Positions 33,423 through 43,307 of a stretch of 64,000 bases of DNA are shown piece after piece. The stretch spans positions 2,534-66,533 of the forward strand of contig CAWICP010000018.1 in NCBI GenBank assembly GCA_963834645.1. The letters run 5' to 3'. Numbering within the stretch: the first letter of the stretch is position 1; every line of letters begins with the position of its first letter. The position numbers and the translations under genes are program-made. The DNA is from an uncultured Acidobacteriota bacterium. GTDB taxonomy: Bacteria > Acidobacteriota > Vicinamibacteria > Vicinamibacterales > JAKQTR01. Below the pieces are notes generated by a model. The model saw only the letters and a list, made by a program, of their open reading frames with translations. It was not told the DNA's origin and did no database searches.

Positions 33423-34084
33423 TCGATCTCGAAGATCTCGAGCGCGGCGAACGGGAAGGCGAACGCGTCGCCCTTGTTGGCCGTGTCGTAGCGGAGCCCG
33501 TCGGGCGTGGCCACGAGCCGGCCTTCGCAGGACCTCCCCATGGCGTGCTTGTGCACGACGGGCACCGAGGCGTCGAGCCGCACCTCCCTGAACTTCAGCG
33601 TGACGGTCGTTTCGCCCGTCTCGGCGACGTCGACCGTCTGCGCCAGCCCCTCCTCGCCCGTCGCCGACGCGTTCAGCTGGTGCGAGCCTCCCGTCACCTC
33701 GGTCGTGCGAAGCGGCGTGGTGCCGACGAACTTGCGATCGACGAAGACGGACGCCCCCGGCACGTCGCTCTCGACCACGAGCGTCGGGCCGGCGGGCGGC
33801 GGCGCGGCCGGCTCGGGGGCCGGCGGCGCTTCCCTGCGCGGCCGGGGCCTTCGGGCCGCCGGTGTGTCGGCGGGCGTCTCGGGCTCGGACGGCTTCGCCG
33901 CCGGCGGCCCGGGTGCGGGCTCGGCTTGCGCAACCGGCGCGGGCTCGGGCTTCGCCTCCGGCTTCATCATCATCGTCACGCCGACGTAGGCCAGGGCCAG
34001 CACGGCGATCGCCGCCGCGCCAATCACCAGGAACCTGCCCATGCCCCCCGACTGCGGCTGCTGGTCGTGGTTCATCACCGACAT
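33278..34084 (-). CDS. PEGA domain membrane-anchored protein
   Basis: ORF 33278..34141; likely start MSVMNHD at 34084. One TM segment (FLVIGAAAIAVLALAYVGV), a Pro/Ala-rich linker, then the PEGA motif LVVESDVPGASVFVDRKFVGTTPL. Confidence 0.7.
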   Translation of the reverse strand: MSVMNHDQQPQSGGMGRFLVIGAAAIAVLALAYVGVTMMMKPEAKPEPAPVAQAEPAPGPPAAKPSEPETPADTPAARRPRPRREAPPAPEPAAPPPAGPTLVVESDVPGASVFVDRKFVGTTPLRTTEVTGGSHQLNASATGEEGLAQTVDVAETGETTVTLKFREVRLDASVPVVHKHAMGRSCEGRLVATPDGLRYDTANKGDAFAFPFAALEIFEIDYLKKELKVKQKGGKTWNFTDKSDNADKLFVFHRDVTKAREKLAALGK

Positions 34085-34107
34085 CGCCCCATCCCTCCGC
34101 CGCACAG

Positions 34108-34182
34108 TATACAAAGGGTGACACTGTCCCTTTCCGGCCAATCCGGAAAGACCGGCCGGAAATGGAAAGTGTCCCTTTATAC
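34108..34182. repeat. Imperfect long inverted repeat in a divergent promoter region; related to the 40628-40677 palindrome
   Basis: TATACAAAGGGTGACACTGTCCCTTTCCGG ... CCGGAAATGGAAAGTGTCCCTTTATA, with an inner hairpin CTTTCCGG-ccaa-tCCGGAAAG. It overlaps the putative ATG 34162 of the downstream membrane protein. Confidence 0.45.
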
Positions 34183-36241
34183 TCGCCGGGTGACAGATGC
34201 TCGAGCACCCGCCGCCTGGCCGCCGCCTGGCCCGTCGGCCTGGCCGTCATCGCCATCCTCGCCTGCGCGATCGAGCTCGGCGGGCGGCAGATCGTCCGCC
34301 AGTCGCTGCTGCAGAACCTCACCGGCGCGGCGCCGCCTCCGGCCGCCCTGCTGGTGGCGATCGCCGCGGCGGCGGCCCTCGCGGGCGCCGCCTGGCTCAG
34401 GCTGCGCCGGGCCCTCACGATGGACCGGGCCGTGGCGCTGGCGCTCTGCGCCCTCTTCGTGGCCGGCCTCGCGGCGCAGCAGCGCCTGGGCGCCCGCCTC
34501 CAGAGCGACGGGTTCTTCTACTTCGCCTTCCTCCGATCGATCGTCAACGACCACGACGTCAGCCTCGCCAACGACTATGGCCTCATCGGCATCGGCGGCG
34601 AGGCGATCATGACGCCGACCTCGACGGGGTACGCGCAGACGGCATGGTCGGTGGGCCCGGCCATCGCCTGGATGCCGTTCTACGCGATTGGCCATGCCGG
34701 CGCGAGCTACCTGGCGGCCCGAGGGGTGCAGGTGGCCGTGGACGGGTCGTCGTATCCCTACCGGCAGGCCATCTGCGTCGCCGGCCTGTTCTACGGCCTC
34801 CTGGGCTTCTGGTTCTGCTACCGGCTCGCGGCGCGGCACTTCTCCGGCGGCCTCGCCATCCTCTCGACCGCGGCCCTCGCGCTCGGCTCCTTCATGCTCT
34901 GGTACGTCGTGAAGGAGCCGACCATGTCGCACGCGACGTCGATGTGCGCGGTGGCCGCGTTCATCTACGCGTGGGACGTCACGCGCGGCCGGCGGGCGGC
35001 CTGGCAATGGGCGGCGCTCGGGCTGCTCGGCGGCCTCATGCTGGCCATCCGCTGGCAGAACCTCGTCTTCATGGCGTTCCCGGCCTGGGAGCTCGTCTCG
35101 GCGCTCGCCGCGGGCCCCGGCGCGCGGGAACGGCGCGCGTCGGTGCTGCACGGCGCGCTGTTCGGCGCCTGCGCGTTCGTCGCGTTCCTGCCGCAGCTCG
35201 TCGCGTGGAACGCGATCTACGGCTCGCCGATCGCGGTCTCTCCGCTCTCGCCGAAGATGCTGTGGCTCAGCCCCGATCCGGTGCGCATGCTCTGGTCGTC
35301 GCGGAACGGGCTGTTCTCCACCTCGCCCGATCACCTACCTGGCGGCGCTGGGGCTTGTCGTCTTCGCCGTCCGGGACCGGCGTTCGGCCGGCTCGCGCTG
35401 GCGGTGTTCGCCCTGGCCGTCTACGTCAACGCGTCGGTCGAGGACTGGTGGGGCGGCGCGGCATTCGGCGCGCGCCGCTTCGACGGCACGATGCCGCTGC
35501 TCGCGGTCGGGCTCGCGGCGGCCGTCGACGGCCTGCGGCGGTGGAACGCGAAGCGGCCGCTCGCTGGCGTCGCGGCCGTCCTGGGCCTGCTCGTCCTCTG
35601 GAACATCGCGGCCATCGCGGCCGGCGTCGCGGGCCGGTTCGGCGGGAGCGTGCCTCAGTCGTTCGCCGACCTCGCGGTGGACCAGGCCCGCACGCTCTCG
35701 CGCTGGTTCGGGCACCCGTTTTCGTACCCGGCCAACCTGGTCTACGCGGCCCGCGAGGGCGTCGCGCCGTTCCGCTACGACTTCTTCGCGTTCCCGATGC
35801 TCGGCGATCCCGAGCGCCCGTACGGCCGCGTCGACATCGGGCGCACGACGACGCGTACCTCGGCGACGGCTGGTACCAGGCCGATACGCAGCCCGACGGC
35901 ACGACGTCCCGGTGGTCGCGCGGCACGGCCGAGGTGCTGCTGCCGCTGGACCACCCGGCGCCGCTCGTCGTCCAGCTCCGCCTGAAGCCGTTCTCGTACC
36001 CCGGGGCGTCGCTCGAACCTCGCCGTGCGCGTCAACGGCCGCAGTTTCGGTCCCGTTTCCGCTGGGCGCCGACTGGCAGCGCGTGGACTTCCCGACGGAC
36101 GCCTCGGCGTGGAGGGCGGGGGTGAACCGCGTGCAGCTGGTCTGGACGGGGGCCGCCGTCCCGGCGGCGGTGGGCATGGGAAACGACGCGCGCGAGCTGG
36201 GCGGCGCGACCGACTACGTGCGGATCCAGGTGGCGCGCTGA
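34162..36241 (+). CDS. Large polytopic membrane protein, GT-C (ArnT/PMT)-like by architecture; about three frame breaks
   Basis: More than 10 hydrophobic segments. Early loop QSDGFFYFAFLRSIVNDHDVSLANDYG. The C-terminal soluble part ...DDAYLGDGWYQADTQPDGTTSRWSRGTAEVLLPLDHPAPLVVQLRLKPFSYPG... / ...FPLGADWQRVDFPTDASAWRAGVNRVQLVWTGA...TDYVRIQVAR ends at 36241. Confidence 0.5.
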
Positions 36242-36259
36242 GGCCGACGGGCCTCGGCC

Positions 36260-36787
36260 CTACTGAATCGAGAAGGTGCCGGCCGGGGCGGTGTCGTCGG
36301 TCATGGCCAGCGGCGCCATCTGCGTGGCCCAGTAGATCGTGTGGTTCGTGTTCGTGCCGAAGGCCTTGGTCCCGCCTCCCGGCGAGGGCGTGGCCGTCGC
36401 GAAAAAGCCCTGCATCGCGGCGCCCGCGGCCAGCCCGTTGCAGGTCGGCGGCGCGTCCGGCGCCACGCCGCTCGAACTGCCCACCGTCACCTGGTAGCCG
36501 CTCTTGAAGACCGTGTTGCCCGTGCTGAGGTCGGGGCTGATGAAGGCCTGGCCCCCGGCCGGCGGCGTGCCCAGGTTCGACAGCGACGGCGAGAAGAAGC
36601 CGTTGCCGCACGCGGCGGCGTAGAGCGACTGCGCGCCCGTGATGGCGCGCAGCGACCCGATGGCCGCCGTCTCGTTCCCCGACTGCCGCGCGCGCTGCAG
36701 GCCCGGCACGGCCACCGCGGCGATGACGCCGATGATGGCGACGACGATCAGGAGCTCGATGAGGGTGAAACCGCGATTGCTGCGCAT
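36260..36787 (-). CDS. Prepilin-type N-terminal cleavage/methylation domain protein (type IV pilin / pseudopilin-like)
   Basis: Intact 175-aa ORF beginning MRSNRGFTLIELLIVVAIIGVIAAVAVPGL, which is the class III signal (G/FTLIE). Confidence 0.85.
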   Translation of the reverse strand: MRSNRGFTLIELLIVVAIIGVIAAVAVPGLQRARQSGNETAAIGSLRAITGAQSLYAAACGNGFFSPSLSNLGTPPAGGQAFISPDLSTGNTVFKSGYQVTVGSSSGVAPDAPPTCNGLAAGAAMQGFFATATPSPGGGTKAFGTNTNHTIYWATQMAPLAMTDDTAPAGTFSIQ

Positions 36788-36851
36788 GCTGGTGCTCCCG
36801 GCGCGGCAGGCGCGCCCACTGCCTCAACGATGCCCCTCCGCCCCTCGATTG

Positions 36852-38409
36852 TCAAGCGGCTCGGCGCGCAGGCCCGTCGCGCCAGCCGCTTCTGCAGGAT
36901 GCTGTGGCGCATGCCGTACAGGAAGTACACCACCAGCCCCACTCCCAGCCACAGGACGAAGCGGATCCAGGTGAGCAGCGGCAGCTGGAACATCAGGTAC
37001 GAGCACATCCCGATCGCGATGAGCGGCACCCAGGGCACGAGCGGCGTGCGGAACGGGCGCGGCCGGTCCGGGTCGGACTTGCGCAGCACCAGGATCCCGA
37101 GCGACACCAGCACGAAGGCGAACAGCGTGCCGATGTTGGTGAGCTCGACCACCTCGTTGATGTTCAGGAACGTGGCGAACACCGCCACGATGACGCCCGT
37201 GAGGATGGTCGTGACGTGCGGCGTGCGGTACTTGGGGTGCACCCTGGCCGCCCACTTCGGCAGCAGGCCGTCGCGCGCCATCGAGAAGAAGATGCGCGGC
37301 TGGCCGAGCTGGAACACCAGCAGGACGCCGGTGGTGGCGCAGACGGCGCCGAAGGCGATGATGCCCGACGCCCAGGTGATGTTGTTGGCCGAGAACGCCG
37401 TGGCCAGCGGCTCGGCCGTGCCGAGTTGCGTCCACGGCAGCATGCCGGTGAGCACCATGGCGACGGCGATGTAGATGACCGTGCAGATGACCAGGCTGGC
37501 GATCATGGCGATGGGCATGTCGCGCTGCGGGTTCTTCGTTTCCTCGGCCGCGGTCGACACCGCGTCGAAGCCGATGTAGGCGAAGAAGATGATCGCCGCG
37601 GCAGCCGAGATGCCGCGGAAGCCGTTCGGCGCGAAGGGCACCCAGTTGGACGGCTCGACGTAGAAGGCGCCGACGACGACGAAGAAAATCAGGATCGCGA
37701 CGTTCATCACCGCCAGCGCCCCGGTCAGCCACGCGCTCTCGCGGATGCCCACGACGAGCACCCACGTGATGCCCATCACGATCATGAACGCCGGCAGGTT
37801 CAGGATCACCGGGACGCCGAAGACGATCGGGGCCGAGGCGAACGCCTCCGCCGCGCGCGTGGCGCCGATGCCGAGCGAGGCCACATCGCCGCCCTGGGCC
37901 TGGAGCTGGGCCAGGTGCTCGGCCGCTTTCGCCGCCGTCGGGTAGTCGATGCACAGCCAGCCGGGGATGAAGATCCCGAAGCCCGCGAGCAGCTCGCGGA
38001 AGTACCCCGACCAGGAAATCGCGACCGCGACGTTGCCGACGGCGTACTCGAGGATGAGGTCCCAGCCGATGATCCACGCCACCGACTCGCCGAGCGTCGC
38101 GTACGCGTAGGTGTAGGCCGAGCCCGAGATGGGGACCATGGCGGCGAACTCCGCGTAGCAGAGGGCCGCGAACCCGCACGCGATCGCCGTCAGGATGAAC
38201 GACGCGATGATGGCCGGCCCGGCGCCCAGGTGCGATCCGCCGCCGGCCGCCGCCGACCCGATCGTCGAGAAGATGCCGGCGCCCATGATGGCCCCGATGC
38301 CGAGCGCCGTCAGCTGCACCGGGCCGAGCGTCCGCTTCAGCTGCTGGCCCGGCGCCTCGCTGTCTCTCTTGATCTGGTCGAGCGACTTGACGGCGAACAG
38401 GTGCTTCAT
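36852..38409 (-). CDS. APC superfamily amino acid permease; 3' end uncertain (the ORF reads on to 36748)
   Basis: MKHLFAVKSLDQIKRDSEAPGQQLKRTLGPVQLTALGIGAIMGAGIFSTIG...YAEFAAMVPISGSAYTYAY...FFAYIGFDAVSTAAEETKNPQRDMP. About 12 TM segments. A TGA one frame step away sits at 36852-36854. Confidence 0.85.
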
Positions 38410-39450
38410 CAGGCTCTCCAGGGCTTCAGCCCCTTGTCGAGACGGTAGATCGTGTCGCTGCGAGGCCACGACGAGCCCGCCGCGCGGGTCGATGGCCACG
38501 CCGACGAGCGTGGCGGCCGAGACGACGAGCTCGCGCGGGGCCCCGGCGCGCACGCGGTAGAGCCCCGCGCCTCCCGCGAGCGCGTCCACCACGTACAGCG
38601 CCCCGTCGTCGTCGACCGCCAGCCCCTGGGGCCGGCCGAACTCGGACGACACCACCGAGACCGCGCCCTGACGATCGACGCGGTACACGTGATCGTAGGT
38701 GGCCATGGTCGGGCCCGTCACATACAGCGCATCGTCGGGGCCCATCGCCAGGTGGAACGCCGCCAGGCTGGGCGGGAGCGAGACGAACGGCACGACGTGG
38801 GCCGACGACCCGACGCGGAAGACCGTGCCGCCGCGATCGCCGACGAACATCGTCCCGTCCGAGCCGAACGCGATGCCGCAGGCCACGCCCAGGTCGTGGG
38901 CGACGATCTCGAACGTGCCGTCGGGCTGGACCTTCGCGCACCGTGCCGTCGTAGCGGCTCGTGACGTGCAGCACGCCGTCGAGGTCGCAGGCCATCGAGG
39001 TGGCGTTGGTCAGGTCGGTCAGAAAGGGCGTCTTGTCGCCCTCGCCGGTCACGCGGAACACCGACACCGGCACCCGCTGCCCGCGCGTGCCGCTGAAGGT
39101 GGCATAGAGCGTGCCGTCGGGGCCGAACGCCGGGTTGTCCACCTGGTGCACCCCGCTCGACCACCGGGGTGCCCACGTCGAGGTCCGCGCCTCCCGTCAG
39201 CGCCCTCCACCGTCACCGCCTGGCATCCCCGCGCGGCCGCCTCGGGCACGACGAGCGCGACGCGCGAAGGGGACGCCATCACCACCTGCGCCGGCACGCC
39301 GCCGACGCGGACCACCGGCAGGCCGCCGGCGGCGGGCGCGAGGCCCCGGCCGTGCAGCGTCACGCGGGCGCCGACCAGCGCGGAGGACGGCACGACGGCG
39401 TCGACGCGGGATGGGGTGGGTTCAGGCACGGGTGATTTCGGGCGGCGCAA
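38409..39450 (-). CDS. IPT/TIG domain + NHL/SMP-30-like beta-propeller protein; about three frame breaks
   Basis: IPT-like: RVDAVVPSSALVGARVTLHGRGL...VRVGGVPAQVVMASPSRVALVVPEAAARGCQAVTVEG. Propeller blades: FGPDGTLYATFSG, ACDLDGVLHVTSRYDG, ACGIAFGSDGTMFVGDRGG, MGPDDALYVTG, GLAVDDDGALYVVD. The repaired tail VASSDTIYRLDKGLKPWRA ends in a TGA overlapping the permease ATG (TGATG). Confidence 0.6.
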
Positions 39451-39453
39451 GCG

Positions 39454-39988
39454 CTACTCGTCCTCGAGCTCGACGTTCCAGTAGAGGTAGTCGCGCCAGC
39501 TCTCGGGGGCCTGGCGGAGCCCGATGGTGATGCGCAGCGCCGGCGCCGACTCCGGCCGCTTCGGCAGCCGGATGAGGTGCATGCCCGCGTCCGCCGGCGT
39601 GCGCCCGCCCTTGCGGCGGTTGCACCCCACGCAGCAGGTGACGATGTTCTCCCAGTCCTTCTTGCCGCCCATGCGCGACCGGCACCACGTGGTCGAACGT
39701 CAGCTCGCTGGTCGGGAACGCGCGGCCGCAGTACTGGCACGTGTGGTCGTCGCGCGCGTAGATGTTCGCCCGCGAGAACGGCACGTAGTCGAACCGGTGC
39801 CGGATGCGGACGTAGCGGAGCAGGCGGATGACCGACGGCAGCTTGAACGTGATCGAGACGCTGTGGACCTCGCGGTCGTAGACGGAGATGACCTCGACCT
39901 TGCCCTGGCACAGGAGCGTAATCGCCTTCTGCCAGTGGACGACCTTGAGCGGCTCGAACGACGCGTTGAGGAGGAGCGTCTGCTCCAT
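39454..39988 (-). CDS. Small stand-alone HNH endonuclease; one frame break near ~39670
   Basis: MEQTLLLNASFEPLKVVHWQKAITLLCQGKVEVISVYDRE...DDHTCQYCGRAFPTSELTFDHVVPV, then GGKKDWENIVTCCVGCNRRKGGRTP. This gives the H-N-H and CxxC pairs. Confidence 0.8.
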
Positions 39989-40095
39989 GCGCGCATTGTA
40001 TAACAAGAGGTCCGGGCCTCGGCCACCCGCGGCCTGCCCCGGCGCGCGCCGGCGAACTGTTTCCCCCGCGCGCGGATGCCGATACCCTGAGAGAG

Positions 40096-40631
40096 ATGAC
40101 CTCGTCTGCGCGCGTCCGGATGTTGCTGGTGGCGGCGGTGGCGGCGGCCGCCGCGTCCGCCTGCGCGGCGCACCAGCCGACGATCCGAGTGCTGCCGCCG
40201 GCGCTGCCGCCGGGCGCGTACGCAGCCCGCGCCCGCCGCACCGCCCGCGCCGAGGCCCGCCGCCGCCGGCCTCGAGACGGTGCGCATCGCGGAGACCATG
40301 ATTGGCGCGCCCTACCGCGAGGGCGGCGCGCTGCCCGACGGCTTCGACTGCAGCGGCCTGGTGACCTGGGTGTTCGCGCGCCACGGCATCGCCGTGCCGC
40401 GCGATGTCCGGCGCCAGGCCGCCTTCGGCATCGACGTGCCCCGCGGCGACGATCCTGCCGGGCGATCTCGTCTTCTTCGCCACGACCGGTTCCGGCCCGA
40501 CGCACGTGGGCATCGCGACCGGCGACGGCCGGTTCATCCACGCCCCGAAGCGCGGCGACCTCGTGCGGGTCGAGTCGATGTCGGCGAGTTACTGGGCGTC
40601 GCGGTTCGTCGCCGCGCGCGGCATGCGGTGA
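40096..40631 (+). CDS. NlpC/P60 (C40) cell-wall peptidase lipoprotein; frame breaks near ~40260 and ~40450
   Basis: Lipobox AAAAASAC. YREGGALPDGFDCSGLVTWVFARHGIAVPRDVRRQ carries the catalytic Cys. LPGDLVFFATTGSGPTHVGIATGDGRFIHAP carries the His. Confidence 0.8.
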
Positions 40632-40677
40632 CAGGTCCCATTTCCGGACATCGGGCCTGGAAATGGGACCTGTCACC
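40628..40677. terminator. Perfect 19-bp inverted repeat between convergent genes (bidirectional terminator or REP-like element)
   Basis: GGTGACAGGTCCCATTTCC (40628-40646), a 12-nt loop, then GGAAATGGGACCTGTCACC (40659-40677). The left arm contains the TGA stop of the C40 peptidase gene. Confidence 0.6.
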
Positions 40678-40680
40678 GTT

Positions 40681-41469
40681 TCAGATCCGGCGCGTCGACC
40701 CCGGCAGGAACTGGCGCATCACCAGGTCGGCTTCGGTGAAGTGCCGGCGGGGCGTGCGCTGCGGCAGCGGCACGACCTGGGCGGCGCGCGGTCCGCGGGG
40801 CTGGTCGGCCAGCCGCTCGCGGTAGCGCTGCGGGAACGCGGGGAACTCGCGGAACGTGGTGCCGGCCACGCCGCCGTGCCGCTTCACCAGCCCGTCGAAG
40901 TCGAAGGCGAGGAACTCCCAGACCGCCGGGTCGGGCCGGCCGGCCACGTATTCCCGCACGATATCCTGGACCTCGCGGAAGAACTGCGGCGTGTGCGTCT
41001 GCGCCGCGGGGCTGCCGTCGGCTTTCACGCTCCGGCGGATGCCGCCCTGGTGCGGGTCCACGTGGTAGAGCTCGTGCACGATCGTGTCGAGCTTCGCCAT
41101 CCACTCCTTCCCGCGGCCGTAGACACGCTCCTTGTGGGTGTCCTTCAGCGTCTGATCGCAGAAGCGCGGCAGCGCGACGGAGATCAGGTGGGAGACGCGG
41201 CGGCCGCCGACGCGCACCTCGGGCGATCGCGCGACGAACCACTCCGAGCGCCGCGACAGGGCGCCGGTGCGCCGGTCGCGCCAGAAGTAGTACGCCGGCT
41301 CGCTGTCGGGCAGCATCAGCGAGTGGCAGGTGGCATACGCGCCGTGCGTGCGTGTCCGGCCCAGGCGGGCGAAGACGAGGATGTTCCGCACGTCGATGTG
41401 GGCCAGGGCCGGGACTCGGGCGACGACGTCCTCCATCAGGAGGTGGACTGTGCGCGTGTAGTCGATCAT
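40681..41469 (-). CDS. Hypothetical protein with an HExxH zinc-peptidase-like motif
   Basis: Intact 262-aa ORF containing LDTIVHELYHVDPHQGGIR. I recognise no further family. Confidence 0.5.
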   Translation of the reverse strand: MIDYTRTVHLLMEDVVARVPALAHIDVRNILVFARLGRTRTHGAYATCHSLMLPDSEPAYYFWRDRRTGALSRRSEWFVARSPEVRVGGRRVSHLISVALPRFCDQTLKDTHKERVYGRGKEWMAKLDTIVHELYHVDPHQGGIRRSVKADGSPAAQTHTPQFFREVQDIVREYVAGRPDPAVWEFLAFDFDGLVKRHGGVAGTTFREFPAFPQRYRERLADQPRGPRAAQVVPLPQRTPRRHFTEADLVMRQFLPGSTRRI

Positions 41470-41566
41470 GAAGGGCCGGCGCCCATGCCGGCCCGCCGGG
41501 GCCGCGGTGGTCGCCGAAAGAGTGTGTCGGCGCCGGAGACGCCGGGCTTTAGCGCGCGGCCCGGCC

Positions 41567-42707
41567 TTACCTGCACACGGGCGGAACGCCCCGGCCTTCG
41601 ATCTGCTCGGTCACCTTGTCGAGCGACTGGGCGTGCGTGCAGCCGTTCAGCCGGTAGCGCAGGTACTCCTGGATCCAGACGACGTCGCCTTCGGCGTCCA
41701 CGCTCGTCTTCACCGCCGCGCGGGCGAGGTCGACGCGATAGAACTCCTCGAGCTGGAGGCGGAACCCGTAGGTCTGGTCGCGGGGCGGGAACGCGATGAC
41801 CGACGTCGACGCCGGTGTGCCGCACACGCCGGGCACGCCGCCCCCCGCGATCTGGATGCGGACGCGCTCGACCGACTGCTCGTGGCTGCACAGGTTGAGG
41901 CGGTAGCGCAGGTACTCCTGCACCCAGACGACCGATCCCTCGACGTCCGAGTACGAGAGGCCGGCCGGGCGGCCGAGCGTGTTCACGTACTTCGACTCGA
42001 GCCAGTTGCGGAACTCGTACGTCTCGTTGCGCGGCGGGAAGCCGATCGCCCCGCCGGTGCCCCCGCCGGTGCCGCCGGTGGATCCGCCCGTGCCGCTGCC
42101 GGGCGCCCCGTAGATCTCCTGGATCCCGGCGATGTCGTCGGTCGTGAGGCTGTCGAGGTTGCCGATCGTGCTGTTCATCATCGCGACCACGCTCTGCCCG
42201 TGGTCGTCCGGATGGCCCAGGCCGAGCACGTGGCCCAGTTCGTGGAGCGCGACGCGCCGCAGGTCGTACACGAGGCCGGGCTTGGTGTTGCCGCGATACG
42301 AGTCCCACCGCTTCGTCTGGTTGAAGCCGATGTCGGCCTCGACGATCTGGTCGCCCCTGTACCACCAGGTCGTCAGCGCGAGCGTGTCGTGCCCGAAGGC
42401 CTTGCCGTACATGTCCGTCGCGAAGAACAGGTCGTTGCGGCCGTTCAGCTCGCCCCTGGCTGTGCTGGGAGTTGTGGACGGCCTTCAGCTGGATCCGCCC
42501 CATGAAGAGGTTCCAGCGGTCGACCGCGCCCGCGGCCGAGCACGACCAGTCGGCGCACCCGTCGGTGAGCGCCGGGGATGCGCCGAATTCGAGCTGAACC
42601 GGGACGGTGCCGGAGGGCCACGCGACGCCATTGACCCAGTAGGACTGCGACGCGGCCACGGCGGCGGCGACAAGGACGAGCGCGAGCGGGATGGCGCGGC
42701 GCATCAT
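41567..42707 (-). CDS. Matrixin (M10) family secreted metalloprotease with two C-terminal ~75-aa repeats; one frame break near ~42455
   Basis: Signal MMRRAIPLALVLVAAAVAAS. Zinc site VALHELGHVLGLGHPDD with Met-turn AMMN, then a Gly-rich linker. The repeats are FPPRNETYEFRNWL...VVWVQEYLRYRLNLCSHEQSVERVRIQIAGGGVPGVC and FPPRDQTYGFRLQL...VVWIQEYLRYRLNGCTHAQSLDKVTEQIEGRGVPPVC. Confidence 0.8.
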
Positions 42708-42713
42708 GGCTGG

Positions 42714-43307
42714 CTACCTCGCCTCGCGCTGCCGCCGGATCTCGCGCGCGATTTCGCCTTCGAAGGCCTGGAGCGTCAGGGCCCGGGCCGACGACACGCG
42801 GGCCGGGGCCGTGGCGGCCCCGATGTCGCGCACGCTGGCCAGCGGCTCGAAATTGTGGCGCGCCACCGATCGGCGGCGCGTGGCGGGATCCTCGAGCACG
42901 CGGAAGCGCCCGTGCATGAAGCCCACCACCGGGCTCACCGGCTGCCCGCGCTCGTCGACAAAGAGCACGTCCTCGTCGCCGACGCGGAACCTGGGCATGC
43001 CCGGGATTTCCATCCGGTACTCGCCCACCGTGCCGCCGAGAAACTCCAGTTGCGTCTGGCCGCCGAGTTCGCCCTTGAGCGTCCGGATCACCTTGAAGGT
43101 GACCACCGACACGATGGCGCGGCCCGACGGGGTCGACTCCCACCGCGAACGGACGTCGAGGGTCTCGCCGACAAACACCACCTGGGCGCGCGCGACCATG
43201 GCGTCGAAGGTGGGCGCGATGACCGATGCGGCCCGAGGGCCGCCGGAAAGGCCGGCGACGATGAGCGCGGCGGCGATGGCGCCGCCGACACCCGTGCGAC
43301 TGCTCAC
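42714..43307 (-). CDS. Hypothetical secreted/membrane-anchored protein
   Basis: GTG 43307 overlaps the mtgA stop (GTGA). VSSRTGVGGAIAAALIVAGLSGG is signal/anchor-like. A beta-rich body follows: VVFVGETLDVRSRWESTPSGRAIVSVVTFKVIRTLKGE...FRVGDEDVLFVDERGQ. It ends 6 nt before the matrixin start. Confidence 0.5.
   Translation of the reverse strand: MSSRTGVGGAIAAALIVAGLSGGPRAASVIAPTFDAMVARAQVVFVGETLDVRSRWESTPSGRAIVSVVTFKVIRTLKGELGGQTQLEFLGGTVGEYRMEIPGMPRFRVGDEDVLFVDERGQPVSPVVGFMHGRFRVLEDPATRRRSVARHNFEPLASVRDIGAATAPARVSSARALTLQAFEGEIAREIRRQREAR

Noticed and set aside
39454-39988. HNH endonuclease as part of a restriction or defence system
   Set aside because: It is the small (~175 aa) stand-alone HNH type that is widespread as a solitary chromosomal gene. 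There is no methyltransferase, helicase, ATPase or other defence partner on either side.
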